A stretch of 63,176 bases of DNA, counting the filler, from Halocafeteria seosinensis (lineage: Eukaryota), in the NCBI GenBank assembly GCA_001687465.1. It is 7 parts of 7 records of this genome, joined end to end, with 100 filler letters (N's around TTAATTAATTAA, not from the genome) between each part and the next. Parts side by side here need not be neighbours in the genome. Positions count along the whole stretch, not along the records: positions 3,369 to 27,193 come from LVLI01000068.1; positions 27,294 to 31,726 come from LVLI01000071.1; positions 31,827 to 53,348 come from LVLI01000073.1; 4 more parts are not named here. The stretch is one strand, 5' to 3'. The notes under the pieces are model-generated. The model was not told the origin of the DNA, searched no databases, and worked only from the letters and a program-made list of their open reading frames with translations. A program made the translations under genes and the position numbers. Shown piece after piece: positions 22,229 to 33,046 of the stretch; the first letter of the stretch is position 1, and the number at the start of each line of letters is the position of its first letter.

Positions 22229-25200
22229 ATGAAGTTCACTTCCGGAGACCAAGGAGTTTGGGTCTCGTTTGGTGGAACGAGGTTGTTTATGCTGCTTGCA
22301 TTCGTTTTGCAATTGCTGGTTGCGGCGGAAGCAGCGGTTGCATCGAGCTCCCTGTCGAAGCTCCACAGGTCCTTCAGCCTCAGTAGAAATGGTTATGCAG
22401 ATGAGAAAGGGAATCATTCCTCGAATTGGATGGGCTATATGATACAAGTCAAGTATCCCATCAAAGTAAATGGAATGTATGCACACCCTACGAATAGCTC
22501 CGGCGTCGTTCAGGTCGCCATATTCGACGTCGAAGGCGAAAACAGCACCCTTCGCTCGGTATTAGCGCACGGGAAAGTAGAGGAAAATAACGGTGAGCTT
22601 CAATCTGTTCTATTCAACAAGGGTGTGTTCATCCATGTGGGTGACTGGTATGTTATTGCGCAAGGTGGTGGGTCCTGGGAAGAGGTGGAGAACATCAATA
22701 TCAATACGCTGAAACAGGAGCACTTCATCAAGTCGTGGAAGCCTAGCAGCAACCACGAAGCTCTTCACCTTGGAGATGCAAGCGACGATCCACAGGATAT
22801 TCAAAATGCGGGCCTTAAACATGCAAAAGAACATCCTCCAGATGTTGGCTTGGTCTACACAATAATCGAGACTTGTGGTTCCGGCGCAAGACCTGACCCA
22901 GACACTGATCCAGTTGAGCTATGCCGCATGTGTCCAGACCATCTATATTCAGGAATTAGAGATCGCATCTGTATACCTTGCGCCTCGGGGATGATCCCAA
23001 ACGAGGGAAAGAATTCCTGCGTACCCTGTGAACCGCATCAAGTATCGAGCCCCCAGGAAGCTTCCTGCTCCGTGTGCACCCTCGGGCATGTTCCGACAGC
23101 CAATCAATCTACTTGTGAGCAATGTGATGCTACTGAGGTAGCCGGTGAGCATGATGTAGAGTGCCGATCTTGTGCGCCAACTGCAATTCCAGACGGAAAC
23201 AAGGCTGAGTGCATCAGTTGCGGTGCGGGCCACGTGCTCAGCGCAAACCTAACTGCTTGCATCGAATGCCCTTCCAGCCAGGTGAGTACGGAGACGGATG
23301 AAATATGTCAACCATGCGACACTGGCACCATTCCCGACGCCCAAAATGAGCATTGTGTCGCTTGTGGACCGGGCAAGGTCCCCCATGATGAGGGTGATAA
23401 ATGTCTGGAGTGTCCACCACATTCCTATGCTAAAGAGTATGATGCCAATTGTACAGTATGTGGAGTCGGTAGAATTCCTAACTGCAGGCAAGATGGCTGT
23501 GATCGGTGTCCAGAAAATCAATATTCAGAACGATACAATAGCACGTGCCAGGAATGTGATCGAGGCAAATTTCCCAATAGTGACCAATCGGGATGCCAAG
23601 ACTGTGCTGAGCATAAGGTTGCCCAAGGAGGGTCTGCATCGTGTAGTGAGTGTGGTCGCGGCGAGATACCTGATGAGAACAATGAACTGTGCATGAGTTG
23701 TGAAAATGGAAAAGTTCCCAATGACAGTGGCGCCAGTTGTAGGAAATGTGATGACCATGAGTATGCTGGTCCCCTCGCCGATGAATGTACAAGTTGTGGT
23801 GTTGGCAAGATTCCCAATAGTGAACAGAATCAATGTGAGGATTGTGATCCGGGGAAAGTATCGGGTAGTCAGAACGCCTCTTGCTACTTTTGCTCATTCG
23901 GATTTATTCCCACATCGGATCGGTCAACCTGTGAGCCGTGTGGGGTTGCCCAGGTGGCCGGTGAGCGAGACATGGAGTGTGAGTTATGTGAATCCAATGA
24001 GATTACAAATGCGAACAAGACAGAGTGTTTAAGTTGCGGGGAGGGGAAGGTACCAAATTGGAATCAGACGGTGTGCATCCAATGTCCGTCGAACGAAGTG
24101 GCTACGGGGAGCAATGCAGCATGCCAACCTTGTGGGACTGGCACAGTTCCTGACTGCCATAACAAGCAGTGCGTCGCTTGCGGTCCTGGGAAGGTCCCCA
24201 ATGATTGGGGCGATACGTGTGTGGATTGTCCTGCATATTCGTATGCCCAGACGTATGATGCCAATTGTACAGTATGTGGTGCCGGTCGTGTGCCCAACAG
24301 TGAGAAGAATGGCTGCAACTCGTGTCCGGAGAGTCAGTTTTCTGGACGAAATGATAGCACCTGTCAAGACTGTGAGCGTGGTACATTTCCCAACAGTGTC
24401 CAGTCTGGTTGCAATAAGTGCGCCAGGGACAAAGTTGCGGAAAGGGGTTCTAAGTCGTGTCGTCCGTGTTCTGTCGGCGAGGTGCCCGACCAAGATAACG
24501 GAGCTTGCGAGAATTGTGCGACTGGCAAGGTTCCAAACGAGACTGGAACGAGTTGTAGATGGTGCGATGATCATGAATATGCTGGTTTGTATGATGACAA
24601 GTGCTGGGTTTGCGGGGCGGGAGAGATCCCTAACAACAGAAAGGATGGATGCAATCCTTGTGAACCGTATGAAGTATCTGGAAGGGAAGAGACTATTTGT
24701 CGTGACTGTCCCCTTGGATTTATTCCAACTGTGAATGGATCGAGCTGCGAGGAATGTGGTATTGGCAAGGTAGCTCGTGAACACGACGTAGCGTGTGAAT
24801 CCTGTGACGCAAATGAAATTACAGATAGCGACAAGGCTCGGTGTATACCCTGTGGCATTGGCGAGGTACCTAATGGGAATCAGACTGTTTGTATGGGGTG
24901 TCCGTCAGATGAAGTTGCTACGAAGGCTGATTCAAAGTGTCAGCCGTGTGGTCCTGGGAAAATCCCTGACGACTATAGTGCAGCCTGCATCGCTTGTGGG
25001 TCCGGCAAAATCCCAAATGAGTTTGGTAACGGATGTGTGAATTGTCCTGCCTATTCATATGCTGGGAAGTTTGACGTTAATTGTACAGTGTGCGGGACAG
25101 GTGAAATTCCAAACGCAAGACTAGATGGTTGCGATCCGTGCAAGGCGAATCAATATTCAGGTCGATATAATAGCACGTGCCATGAATGTGATCGAGGCAG

Positions 25201-27193
25201 ATTTCCCAACAGTGACCAATCGGGATGCCAAGACTGTCCAGAACGTATGGTTGCCAGACAAGGTTCTGCGTCGTGTAGTGAGTGTGGGCCCGGCGAGATA
25301 CCTGACGAAAACAATGAATTGTGCGAGAGTTGTGGAAACGGAGAAGTTCCAACTGACAGTGGTACCAGTTGTAGGAAGTGTGATGACCATGAGTATTCTG
25401 GTCCTCTCGCTGACGAATGCAGGAGTTGTGGGGCTGGAGAGGTTCCGAACAGTGAGCAGAATCAATGCGATGATTGTTTGCCGGGACAGGCATCAGGTCG
25501 CCAGAACGCCTCGTGTTACTTTTGCCCGTTTGGATATATTCCCACATCGGATCGATCTTCCTGTGAGCCATGTGGTATTGCCGAGGTGGCAGGTGAGCGA
25601 GACGTGAAGTGTCGATTGTGTGAGCCATATCAGATTACAAATACCAACAAGACAGAGTGTTTAGGCTGTGGGCATGGGAAAGTACCTAATTGGAATCAAA
25701 CAGTGTGTATCCAATGCCCGTCGGACCACGTCGCGACCGAGACGGGCTCAGCCTGCCAGCTTTGTGATACAGGAAGCATTCCTGATACACGCAAGGAGTT
25801 TTGCATCGGTTGTGGGCCGGGCAACGTTCCTAATGATGAAGGGGATAAATGTCTGGAGTGTCCACCATATTCGTATGCTAAGGAGTATGATGCCAATTGT
25901 ACAGTGTGTGGAGTAGGTAGAATTCCTAACTGCAGGCAAGATGGCTGTGATCGGTGTCCAGAAAATCAATATTCAGAACGATACAATAGCACGTGCCAGG
26001 AATGTGATCGAGGCAAATTTCCCAATAGTGACCAATCGGGATGCCAAGACTGTGCTGAGCATAAGGTTGCCCGAGGAGGGTCTGCATCGTGTAGTGAGTG
26101 TGGTCGCGGCGAGATACCTGATGAGAACAATGAACTGTGCATGAGTTGTGAAAATGGAAAAGTTCCCAATGCCAGTGGCACCAATTGTAGGAAGTGTGAT
26201 GACTTTGAATATGCTGGTCCTCTCGCCGATGAATGTACAAGTTGTGGTGTTGGCAAGATTCCCAATAGTGAACAGAATCAATGTGAGGATTGTGATCCGG
26301 GGAAAGTATCGGGTAGTCAGAACGCCTCTTGCTACTTTTGCTCATTCGGATTTATTCCCACATCGGATCAGTCAACCTGTGAGCCGTGTGGGGTTGCCCA
26401 GGTGGCCGGTGAGCGAGACATAGAGTGTGAGTTATGTGAATCCAATGAGATTACAAATGCGAACAAGGCAGAGTGTTTAAGTTGCGGGGAGGGGAAGGTA
26501 CCGAATTGGAATCAGACGGTGTGCATCCAATGTCCGTCGAACGAAGTGGCTACCGAGAGCAATGCAGCATGCCAACCTTGTGGGACTGGCACAGTTCCTG
26601 ACTGCCATAACAAGCAGTGCGTCGCTTGCGGTCCTGGGAAGGTTCCCAATGATTGGGGCGATACGTGTGTGGATTGTCCTGCATATTCGTATGCCCAGAC
26701 GTATGATGCCAATTGTACAATATGTGGTGCCGGTCGTGTGCCCAACAGTGAGAAGAATGGCTGCAACTCGTGTCCGGAGAGTCAGTTTTCTGGACGAAAT
26801 GATAGCACCTGTCAAGACTGTGAGCGTGGTACATTTCCCAACAGTGCCCAGTCTGGTTGCAATAAGTGCGCCAGGGACGAAGTCGCGGAAAGGGGTTCTA
26901 AGTCATGTCGTCCGTGTTCTGTCGGCGAGGTGCCCGACCAAGATAACGGAGGTTGCGAGAATTGTGCGACTGGCAAGGTTCCAAACGAGACTGGAACGAG
27001 TTGTAGATGGTGCGATGATCATGAATATGCTGGTTTGTATGATGACAAGTGCTGGGTTTGCGGGGCGGGAGAGATCCCTAACAACAGAAAGGATGGATGC
27101 AATCCTTGTGAACCGTATGAAGTATCTGGANGGGAAGAGGCTATTTGTCGTGACTGTCCCCTTGGATTTATTCCAACTGTGAATGGATCGAGC
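22229..27193 (+). CDS. Secreted/surface cysteine-rich CxxC-repeat protein (3'-truncated at linker)
   Basis: Signal-like FMLLAFVLQLLVAAEAAVA, a globular N-terminal region, then more than 1400 aa of 16-aa CxxC units. The frame stays open to the linker. Confidence 0.9.
23396..27193 (+). repeat. Higher-order 816-bp coding super-repeat with a near-identical 2448-bp-offset duplication
   Basis: The equivalent (D/E)RGxFPNS codon falls at 23558, 24374, 25190, 26006 and 26822. Confidence 0.93.
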
Positions 27194-27293
27194 NNNNNNN
27201 NNNNNNNNNNNNNNNNNNNNNNNNNNNNNNNNNNNNNTTAATTAATTAANNNNNNNNNNNNNNNNNNNNNNNNNNNNNNNNNNNNNNNNNNNN
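27194..27293. other. Artificial 100-bp linker
   Basis: N-run/TTAATTAATTAA/N-run. Confidence 0.99.
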
Positions 27294-27339
27294 GGCATGG
27301 ATAGTGGGTATCACCCGCCATACCAGAATCTAAATACTT

Positions 27340-27543
27340 TCAGAAAACATATGCGGTCTTCAAGAACTTTCGTTCATTAAATTGAAGCCGTTTGAATGTC
27401 GGTTCAACAGATTGAATGGTTTGCTGAAGTTGCTGTCGGGTAAATTTATTAAGCGGTCGACTGATCAATCCCATTTGACGAAGTGGTTTGGCCTCTTGCT
27501 GGAGTTCTTTCAATTTCTGTCGGTTGGTTTTGTTAGCGGACAT
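27340..27543 (-). CDS. Small basic hypothetical protein
   Basis: ATG preceded by ATATATA; basic helical sequence KLKELQQEAKPLRQMGLISRPLNKFTRQQL. Confidence 0.4.
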   Translation of the reverse strand: MSANKTNRQKLKELQQEAKPLRQMGLISRPLNKFTRQQLQQTIQSVEPTFKRLQFNERKFLKTAYVF

Positions 27544-27626
27544 TATATATGATCAGTTGATGTTAGTTCCAATCATTTTTCCTTCTTGGTTTTTACCCAA
27601 CTCTCTTTATGCTGAAACCAAAAAAA

Positions 27627-28378
27627 TGATTGGGTCAATTTGTTTTGAACCAATGGATCTTGATAATGATTTCTTCTTTGACGGCGACATGCCCTGTGAC
27701 TGTTGGATAGATGAAAATGATCCAGACAACTGGGTGACCTTGGAGGAAGATTTCACAAACACAGACGAAGAGGAAGAAATTTGGCGGGTTGTTCCATTTG
27801 CCCCAAACTACAAGATATCCAATTATGCAAGAGTTTGGAACAGCAAACGAAAAAAAGGATTTAACATTATATCCGAGGGTTGGTTGAATGCTTATGGGTA
27901 TCGTATGTTTGATTTCTATGTTGATGGAGAGTGTCATAAATTATTCACTCACCGGCTTGCTTATTGCGTCTTTTTTGAATCTAATTACTGGGACTACTCA
28001 TACGATGTAGATCATATTAACCGAGAACGAGCATCCAATCATTTGTCCAACTTGCGAGCGGTGACCCATCGTGATAACGGTCACAATTTGTCGCTAAGTC
28101 AAGCCAATACGACTGGCACAGCAGGGTTAGTTTATTACAAAAACAATGCGAAAACGAAACCATGGCAGGCTCAAATCGGTGTTAGAGATGTATTTGGCAA
28201 ACTATTTTGTTTGCGATCCCCATGTACATCCGACGAGCAATGGGCGACTAATGTTGCCAATCTCATGCGTCGTACCTTACATGACGAGATATTTCCACCC
28301 TACGCTATAGAAGCCTTTTTGACCGAAACATCCAAGAAACATCTTAAACGATTGTTTTATCCACCAGAATATCAATAA
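27627..28378 (+). CDS. NUMOD4-HNH homing endonuclease with AP2-like C-terminus (start uncertain)
   Basis: EEIWRVVPFAPNYKISNYARV (NUMOD4); THRLAY...VDHINRERASNHLSNLRAVT (HNH); NTTGTAGLVY...PWQAQI (AP2-like). Confidence 0.88.
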
Positions 28379-28399
28379 AGAATTTACTCAAACCATATA

Positions 28400-28555
28400 A
28401 TGCCAAAAATCGTCAAGCCTAGACCCAAAGCACAGCGAACCGTGGTGTTTATTAATGGTGGCCTAAAATCATTCAGTCGCAATTTCAAGAACCTTCCGAA
28501 AACGTCAGGCGTCGGCACAGCAGATCGGAGTCCCATTTTCAGACCACGTCCCTAA
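28400..28555 (+). CDS. Small basic protein of 51 aa (MPKIVKPRPKAQRTVVFING...PIFRPRP), absent from the ORF track
   Basis: ATATAATG start context; fills the gap between the HNH and LamG genes; Lys/Arg/Pro-rich. Confidence 0.45.
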   Translation: MPKIVKPRPKAQRTVVFINGGLKSFSRNFKNLPKTSGVGTADRSPIFRPRP

Positions 28556-28606
28556 ATAATGATTGACTTTGAATCTTCCCTCAAAGATTCAGACGGATAA
28601 TATATT

Positions 28607-30595
28607 ATGTCACACAAGATGTTCGTTGAGACCGACAGGGGTATTCAGTCGAGGCTAAAATTACGCAAAGGGATCGGTGCAACCGGTGGTAGCAACATTG
28701 ATCTCAAAACTGCTTCTTCCGGCTTTAGTTTTGATAACAGTGACCAATTGGAAAATAAGTGGGATGAAGTCACAGCATCGAGCAATATTGACGCCGGATC
28801 AAACCGCGTCATAAACGTGTCAGCCCCAATTAACTCATCCGATGCATCCACAAAGGGATATATTGATACACAGGTTGCAGTGCCACAGTTACGTCGAGGT
28901 GGCCGAGCCTATTACTCATTTGATGGGGACTATACCGATAGCATTGGAAACTATGATGGATCGGCCAATGGAGGAAGTTTTGCTAGTGGAAAATTAGGTC
29001 AGGGCTGGAGCAATGATGGATCAAATAATGAAATAAAAATCGGAAAAGCCCTATCATTGGGATCGGGCGATTTTAGTATTGGATTTTGGGTGAATTTCAG
29101 CAAAATCACCCGACAGATTATTTTTTCAGCGTCTGAAACAAGTGGCAATAACCGGATGACGTTTGAATTAAACACATCCCCATTGCGATTTTCCTTTGTC
29201 TCCTCCGATAATAACAACAGTACCATTTATGATCAAAATGTTAGTATTTCAACAAATACTTGGTATTACGTTGTACTCACACGAACTGGATCAACGGCTG
29301 AAATTTATTTAGATGGGACTTCTCAAGGAACAGGTTCGGTTCAGAGCGGTGACATTGGAAACCGTGACACAACAACAATCAGCACAGATTCTATTGGAAG
29401 CCCCAATCCATTGGACGGAACAATTGATGAATTTGGTGTCTGGACTCGTGTCCTGACTCAAGATGAAATTACTTTTCTGTATAACAACGGGAATGGAACA
29501 AACAACTGGCAAGATACTTACCTAGCCACCAAGGGTGAAGTCACACAATTACGCCAATATACTAACGCATTGGCGGGACTTCCACAAATGCGACGGTCAG
29601 CGAGAGCCTATTACAGTTTTGATGGAACTGATCCGTATGCCGATTCCATCGGAACGTTTGATGGAACGAACAACGGGACAAGTATTGTTAGTGCGAAAAT
29701 TGGCCAAGGGGCTGAATTTAATAAGAATAACAGTGATTATATAGATGTAGGCGATGCGTTTCATTTTGGATCGGGTGATTTTACGGTTGCCGCTTGGGTA
29801 CAATCAACTGATTTAACAGATACTAATACCGTGGTTGCGTCGGAAGCAAGTGGCGGAAATCCCCGATGGTTTTTGGTATTTCGCAACACGAATGATTTTT
29901 CATTGTTTGTCGAAGATGCTTCTAATACTGAACGTTTGAGTACTTCACCAACCTTTTCCACTAATACTTGGTATTTTGTGGTTGTGACTCGCAGTGGAAG
30001 TTCGGGGGAAATTTACGTCAATGGTGTCCTTGAAGTATCTGGAGCAACACGTTCTGGTTCAATCTCACAGGGTGGGAATTCGGTTATTAGCCGGAGTGGT
30101 GCGAATCATATGAACGGCTTGATTGATGAAGTGGCTTGTTGGGATCGTGTTTTGTCCCCAGAGGAAATTACCTATCTCTATAACAGTGGCAATGGAACAA
30201 ATGATTTTCAAAGTTTTGATTGGTACAGCCGTCCGGCTCAAAGCAACGTTAATATGAATGGCTACAGAATTATTAATACTGAGATTATTGAAACCGTTGC
30301 CGAAAATATTGCGGACGATTCTGTTCTAAACATTCCGTTGGATTCCAACGGTGGAAAATTGACGGTAAATGACAGTGCTGGTAATGTTATGGACTTGTTG
30401 TTTGATGTGGCGAGTGGGCAGAGTCAGAAGATCGGTGAATTGGGCTCTATTTATCAGATTGCCACTGGAACAGCGTCTGGTACAACAGGAACGGACGGCA
30501 AAGTCACAATTTTCTTGGATAGTTCCAACGACAGGATTCAGATTGAAAATCGGATGGGTAATTCACGCACATTCCGCTATCTTGTGGTGGATTAA
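28607..30595 (+). CDS. Viral fibre/adhesin-like protein with two LamG (ConA-like) domains
   Basis: Internal duplication RAYYSFDG...WY.VV.TR.G...G.IDE...W.RVL..EIT.LYN.GNG; neck-like repeat NRVINVSAPINSSDASTKGYID. Confidence 0.85.
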   Translation: MSHKMFVETDRGIQSRLKLRKGIGATGGSNIDLKTASSGFSFDNSDQLENKWDEVTASSNIDAGSNRVINVSAPINSSDASTKGYIDTQVAVPQLRRGGRAYYSFDGDYTDSIGNYDGSANGGSFASGKLGQGWSNDGSNNEIKIGKALSLGSGDFSIGFWVNFSKITRQIIFSASETSGNNRMTFELNTSPLRFSFVSSDNNNSTIYDQNVSISTNTWYYVVLTRTGSTAEIYLDGTSQGTGSVQSGDIGNRDTTTISTDSIGSPNPLDGTIDEFGVWTRVLTQDEITFLYNNGNGTNNWQDTYLATKGEVTQLRQYTNALAGLPQMRRSARAYYSFDGTDPYADSIGTFDGTNNGTSIVSAKIGQGAEFNKNNSDYIDVGDAFHFGSGDFTVAAWVQSTDLTDTNTVVASEASGGNPRWFLVFRNTNDFSLFVEDASNTERLSTSPTFSTNTWYFVVVTRSGSSGEIYVNGVLEVSGATRSGSISQGGNSVISRSGANHMNGLIDEVACWDRVLSPEEITYLYNSGNGTNDFQSFDWYSRPAQSNVNMNGYRIINTEIIETVAENIADDSVLNIPLDSNGGKLTVNDSAGNVMDLLFDVASGQSQKIGELGSIYQIATGTASGTTGTDGKVTIFLDSSNDRIQIENRMGNSRTFRYLVVD

Positions 30596-30643
30596 AGTGG
30601 TTTTCCACTCTGTTATCAGACTGGAAATTTACCTATGTAATAT

Positions 30644-31726
30644 ATGTCACATGCAGGTGAATATTTTGCTCCTGTCCAAGCAAAAGGGAACATTGTTCAA
30701 GAAGACCACATAGCGGTGGATACCCATGATGAATGGTATGACCATCCAGCGTTTGAAAACGTGGATTTTGCTGGTTTTCTAGCCAAGAACGTAGCCGACC
30801 CGACCGCTGGACAAGACATGATGACCAAAAGTTATATGGACAGCAATTTTAGCACCCAAACGCAGGTGTCCAATAATTTTCTTAACAGGAGTGGCTCGGA
30901 CAAGATGACATCTGATCTAAATCTAGATAGCCACAAGATAATCAACATGGCGAATCCAACAAACCCAAACGATCTAGTGACTCGACAACATCTTACACAA
31001 GACTACTTGACCGAGTCCAAAGGCGATAACCGTTATGTCTTTCAGGACGGAACAAAATCAATGAGGGGATCGCTGAATATGGGCTCGTCCAATCGAATCA
31101 TCAATTCACTCGACCCCACTAGTTCGGATCATGGTGTCACCCAAGGCTATTTGCAAAACAACTATCAGGACAAAACAACCATGAACAACCAATTTGTCAA
31201 TCGGTCAGGCGATACCATGACCAATACACTGGATATGGCCGATCGGTCGGGGCAATTGAATCTTCTACATCGGATTAACAATGTTGCGATTGATTCTGGC
31301 AGTGGATCAACCATACCAAGATCCCATTTGGACAACAACTATGATGATAAAAGCACAGTGAATAGCAATACATTGGATTTGGCGGGATCAAATACTTTAT
31401 CGGGTTCATTTGACTGCGGGAACAACCGGATCATCAATGTCAATAATCCATCGAATAGCAAGGATATGGTCACTCGGCAATACCTCCATTCCAATAAACC
31501 CGTCGGGGAAAAGAAGATCTCTACCGTTAATGATACTCAGTCATTCACTTTGAACCAAAATGGGCAATTTACCCATGATTATACCATTAGCAATCTTGAT
31601 TCTTCCAATTACCTTTGTGAGGTGGAATTAATGTTTTGGGGTGACTGGGTCAATAGTGGGACAGGAATTATACTGGNGCATTTNATTGATGATGGTGGTT
31701 TTACCACGGACAATGATCCGGCCAAG
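30644..31726 (+). CDS. Fibre-like protein with repeated neck/stalk motifs (3'-truncated)
   Basis: Repeats LNLDSHKIINMANPTNPNDLVTRQHL, LNMGSSNRIINSLDPTSSDHGVTQGYL and FDCGNNRIINVNNPSNSKDMVTRQYL resemble trimeric adhesin or tail-fibre necks. Confidence 0.75.
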
Positions 31727-31826
31727 NNNNNNNNNNNNNNNNNNNNNNNNNNNNNNNNNNNNNNNNNNNNTTAATTAATTAANNNNNNNNNNNNNNNNNN
31801 NNNNNNNNNNNNNNNNNNNNNNNNNN
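31727..31826. other. Artificial 100-bp linker
   Basis: N-run/TTAATTAATTAA/N-run. Confidence 0.99.
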
Positions 31827-31855
31827 CTTATTGTGCTCGCTTCTTTGAGTACTTT

Positions 31856-33046
31856 ATGTCACAGAGGGATAAAGTAGAGGACACTAGCTTGGACCGAAGA
31901 AAACTTGTCGTGAGCTGTGCACAAATCGCAATGGATAATACTCTTGAAGCCATCGCCAGACGGGTTCAAACAGTGTGGAATGCAACTGATACTTTGTTCT
32001 CCGGCGAAACTTACGCTTGTTTAGCACAATCTCTGTACGCTCATTTTCGCTTGGGGTACTCGTACAAACAGCTTACAGGAACACGCCATTTCAATGAATC
32101 TCTGACGTCTCTTATAGAGGTTGGTCTATTTAATGCACGGCTGGGGACCGGCGGTGCGACAAGAGTTAACGAGAATGAAGAAAAAATGATGAAAGAAGCC
32201 ATCTTACTTACCGGGGATCGCTTGGCGCTCTCGGCAGATCCGCGTAACGATGCTTTTCTGAAGAATATTGAGAACAAAACATCAGGAGCGAATCAGGCAG
32301 TCGGCGCCAAAGGCTATAGTGCCGAGGAAGCATTGTCTTGGACGTTTTATCGTTCGTGGTATGGTGAACAGTCAACGAAGAATTTGGATGGATCGATCTA
32401 CTTGGATAAACTTTTTGGAAATTTCCTCCCTGATTCGTTTGACCGTGATTTTCTGTCAAGGCTGAAGACTTCGTTCAAGGACGGCTTTGTCCCTATAACT
32501 GAAATACGCAAGGATACAAGGTCAATCCTAGAAGTGTTCTTCAATGAGGAGAACCAACGTCGGTACGTGTTGGTATCCCGCACTCCTGAGAGAATTGGTA
32601 GCGCAGATATTATCTTTCTTGCTGAGGATGAGGAGGGGAACTTGTACCTGGTAATAATTCAGGTCAAGAACCGGGCTAAGAATACGTTTCTTGAGGGGAT
32701 GAGTGGGCTCGATGTAAGAGAGTGGGGACCGAAGACGCACGCTCAATTCCTCCGAGATCATCCGGACTTGTCACGTGTTATACGGGTCGTTTGTGCTTCT
32801 CGCTCTCTTAGCGAAAATATGATAACTCTGTTGAATAAACGTAACGGGGGAAAAGCAAAAGACTTTCCCATAATTCCGTTGCGCTTAACGAAGGAAAACC
32901 TTCATATTGACATCAAACAAGATGAAGCTAAGGGTCAGATGAATAAACCCAAGTGGTGGACCGTCGTCCAACTGTCACAGAAGCCGTTGGATGCTGTTGA
33001 GGATAACCATCCGTTGTCGAAAATGAGCTGCGAACGACAGGGCTAG
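31856..33046 (+). CDS. C-terminal part of a Crinkler-like protein with PD-(D/E)xK restriction-endonuclease fold (probably 5'-truncated)
   Basis: GSADIIFL...LYLVIIQVKNR matches a D...QxK nuclease core, and is preceded by YSAEEAL. Begins at the block edge. Confidence 0.6.
   Translation: MSQRDKVEDTSLDRRKLVVSCAQIAMDNTLEAIARRVQTVWNATDTLFSGETYACLAQSLYAHFRLGYSYKQLTGTRHFNESLTSLIEVGLFNARLGTGGATRVNENEEKMMKEAILLTGDRLALSADPRNDAFLKNIENKTSGANQAVGAKGYSAEEALSWTFYRSWYGEQSTKNLDGSIYLDKLFGNFLPDSFDRDFLSRLKTSFKDGFVPITEIRKDTRSILEVFFNEENQRRYVLVSRTPERIGSADIIFLAEDEEGNLYLVIIQVKNRAKNTFLEGMSGLDVREWGPKTHAQFLRDHPDLSRVIRVVCASRSLSENMITLLNKRNGGKAKDFPIIPLRLTKENLHIDIKQDEAKGQMNKPKWWTVVQLSQKPLDAVEDNHPLSKMSCERQG

Larger units (their letters stand above)
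27294..31726. mobile_element. Virus-like block (DNA virus, Polinton-like virus or phage fragment)
   Basis: Tightly packed intronless genes (HNH and two fibre-like proteins). Starts are preceded by ATATA-rich sequence rather than Shine-Dalgarno motifs. Confidence 0.65.

Noticed and set aside
22949..27182. Many overlapping ORFs in alternative frames, some duplicated
   Set aside because: By-products of the repetitive CxxC coding sequence.
27294..27345. TGA read-through or alternative genetic code in the small minus-strand ORF
   Set aside because: Single instance at a block edge; neighbouring genes translate well with the standard code and use TGG for Trp.
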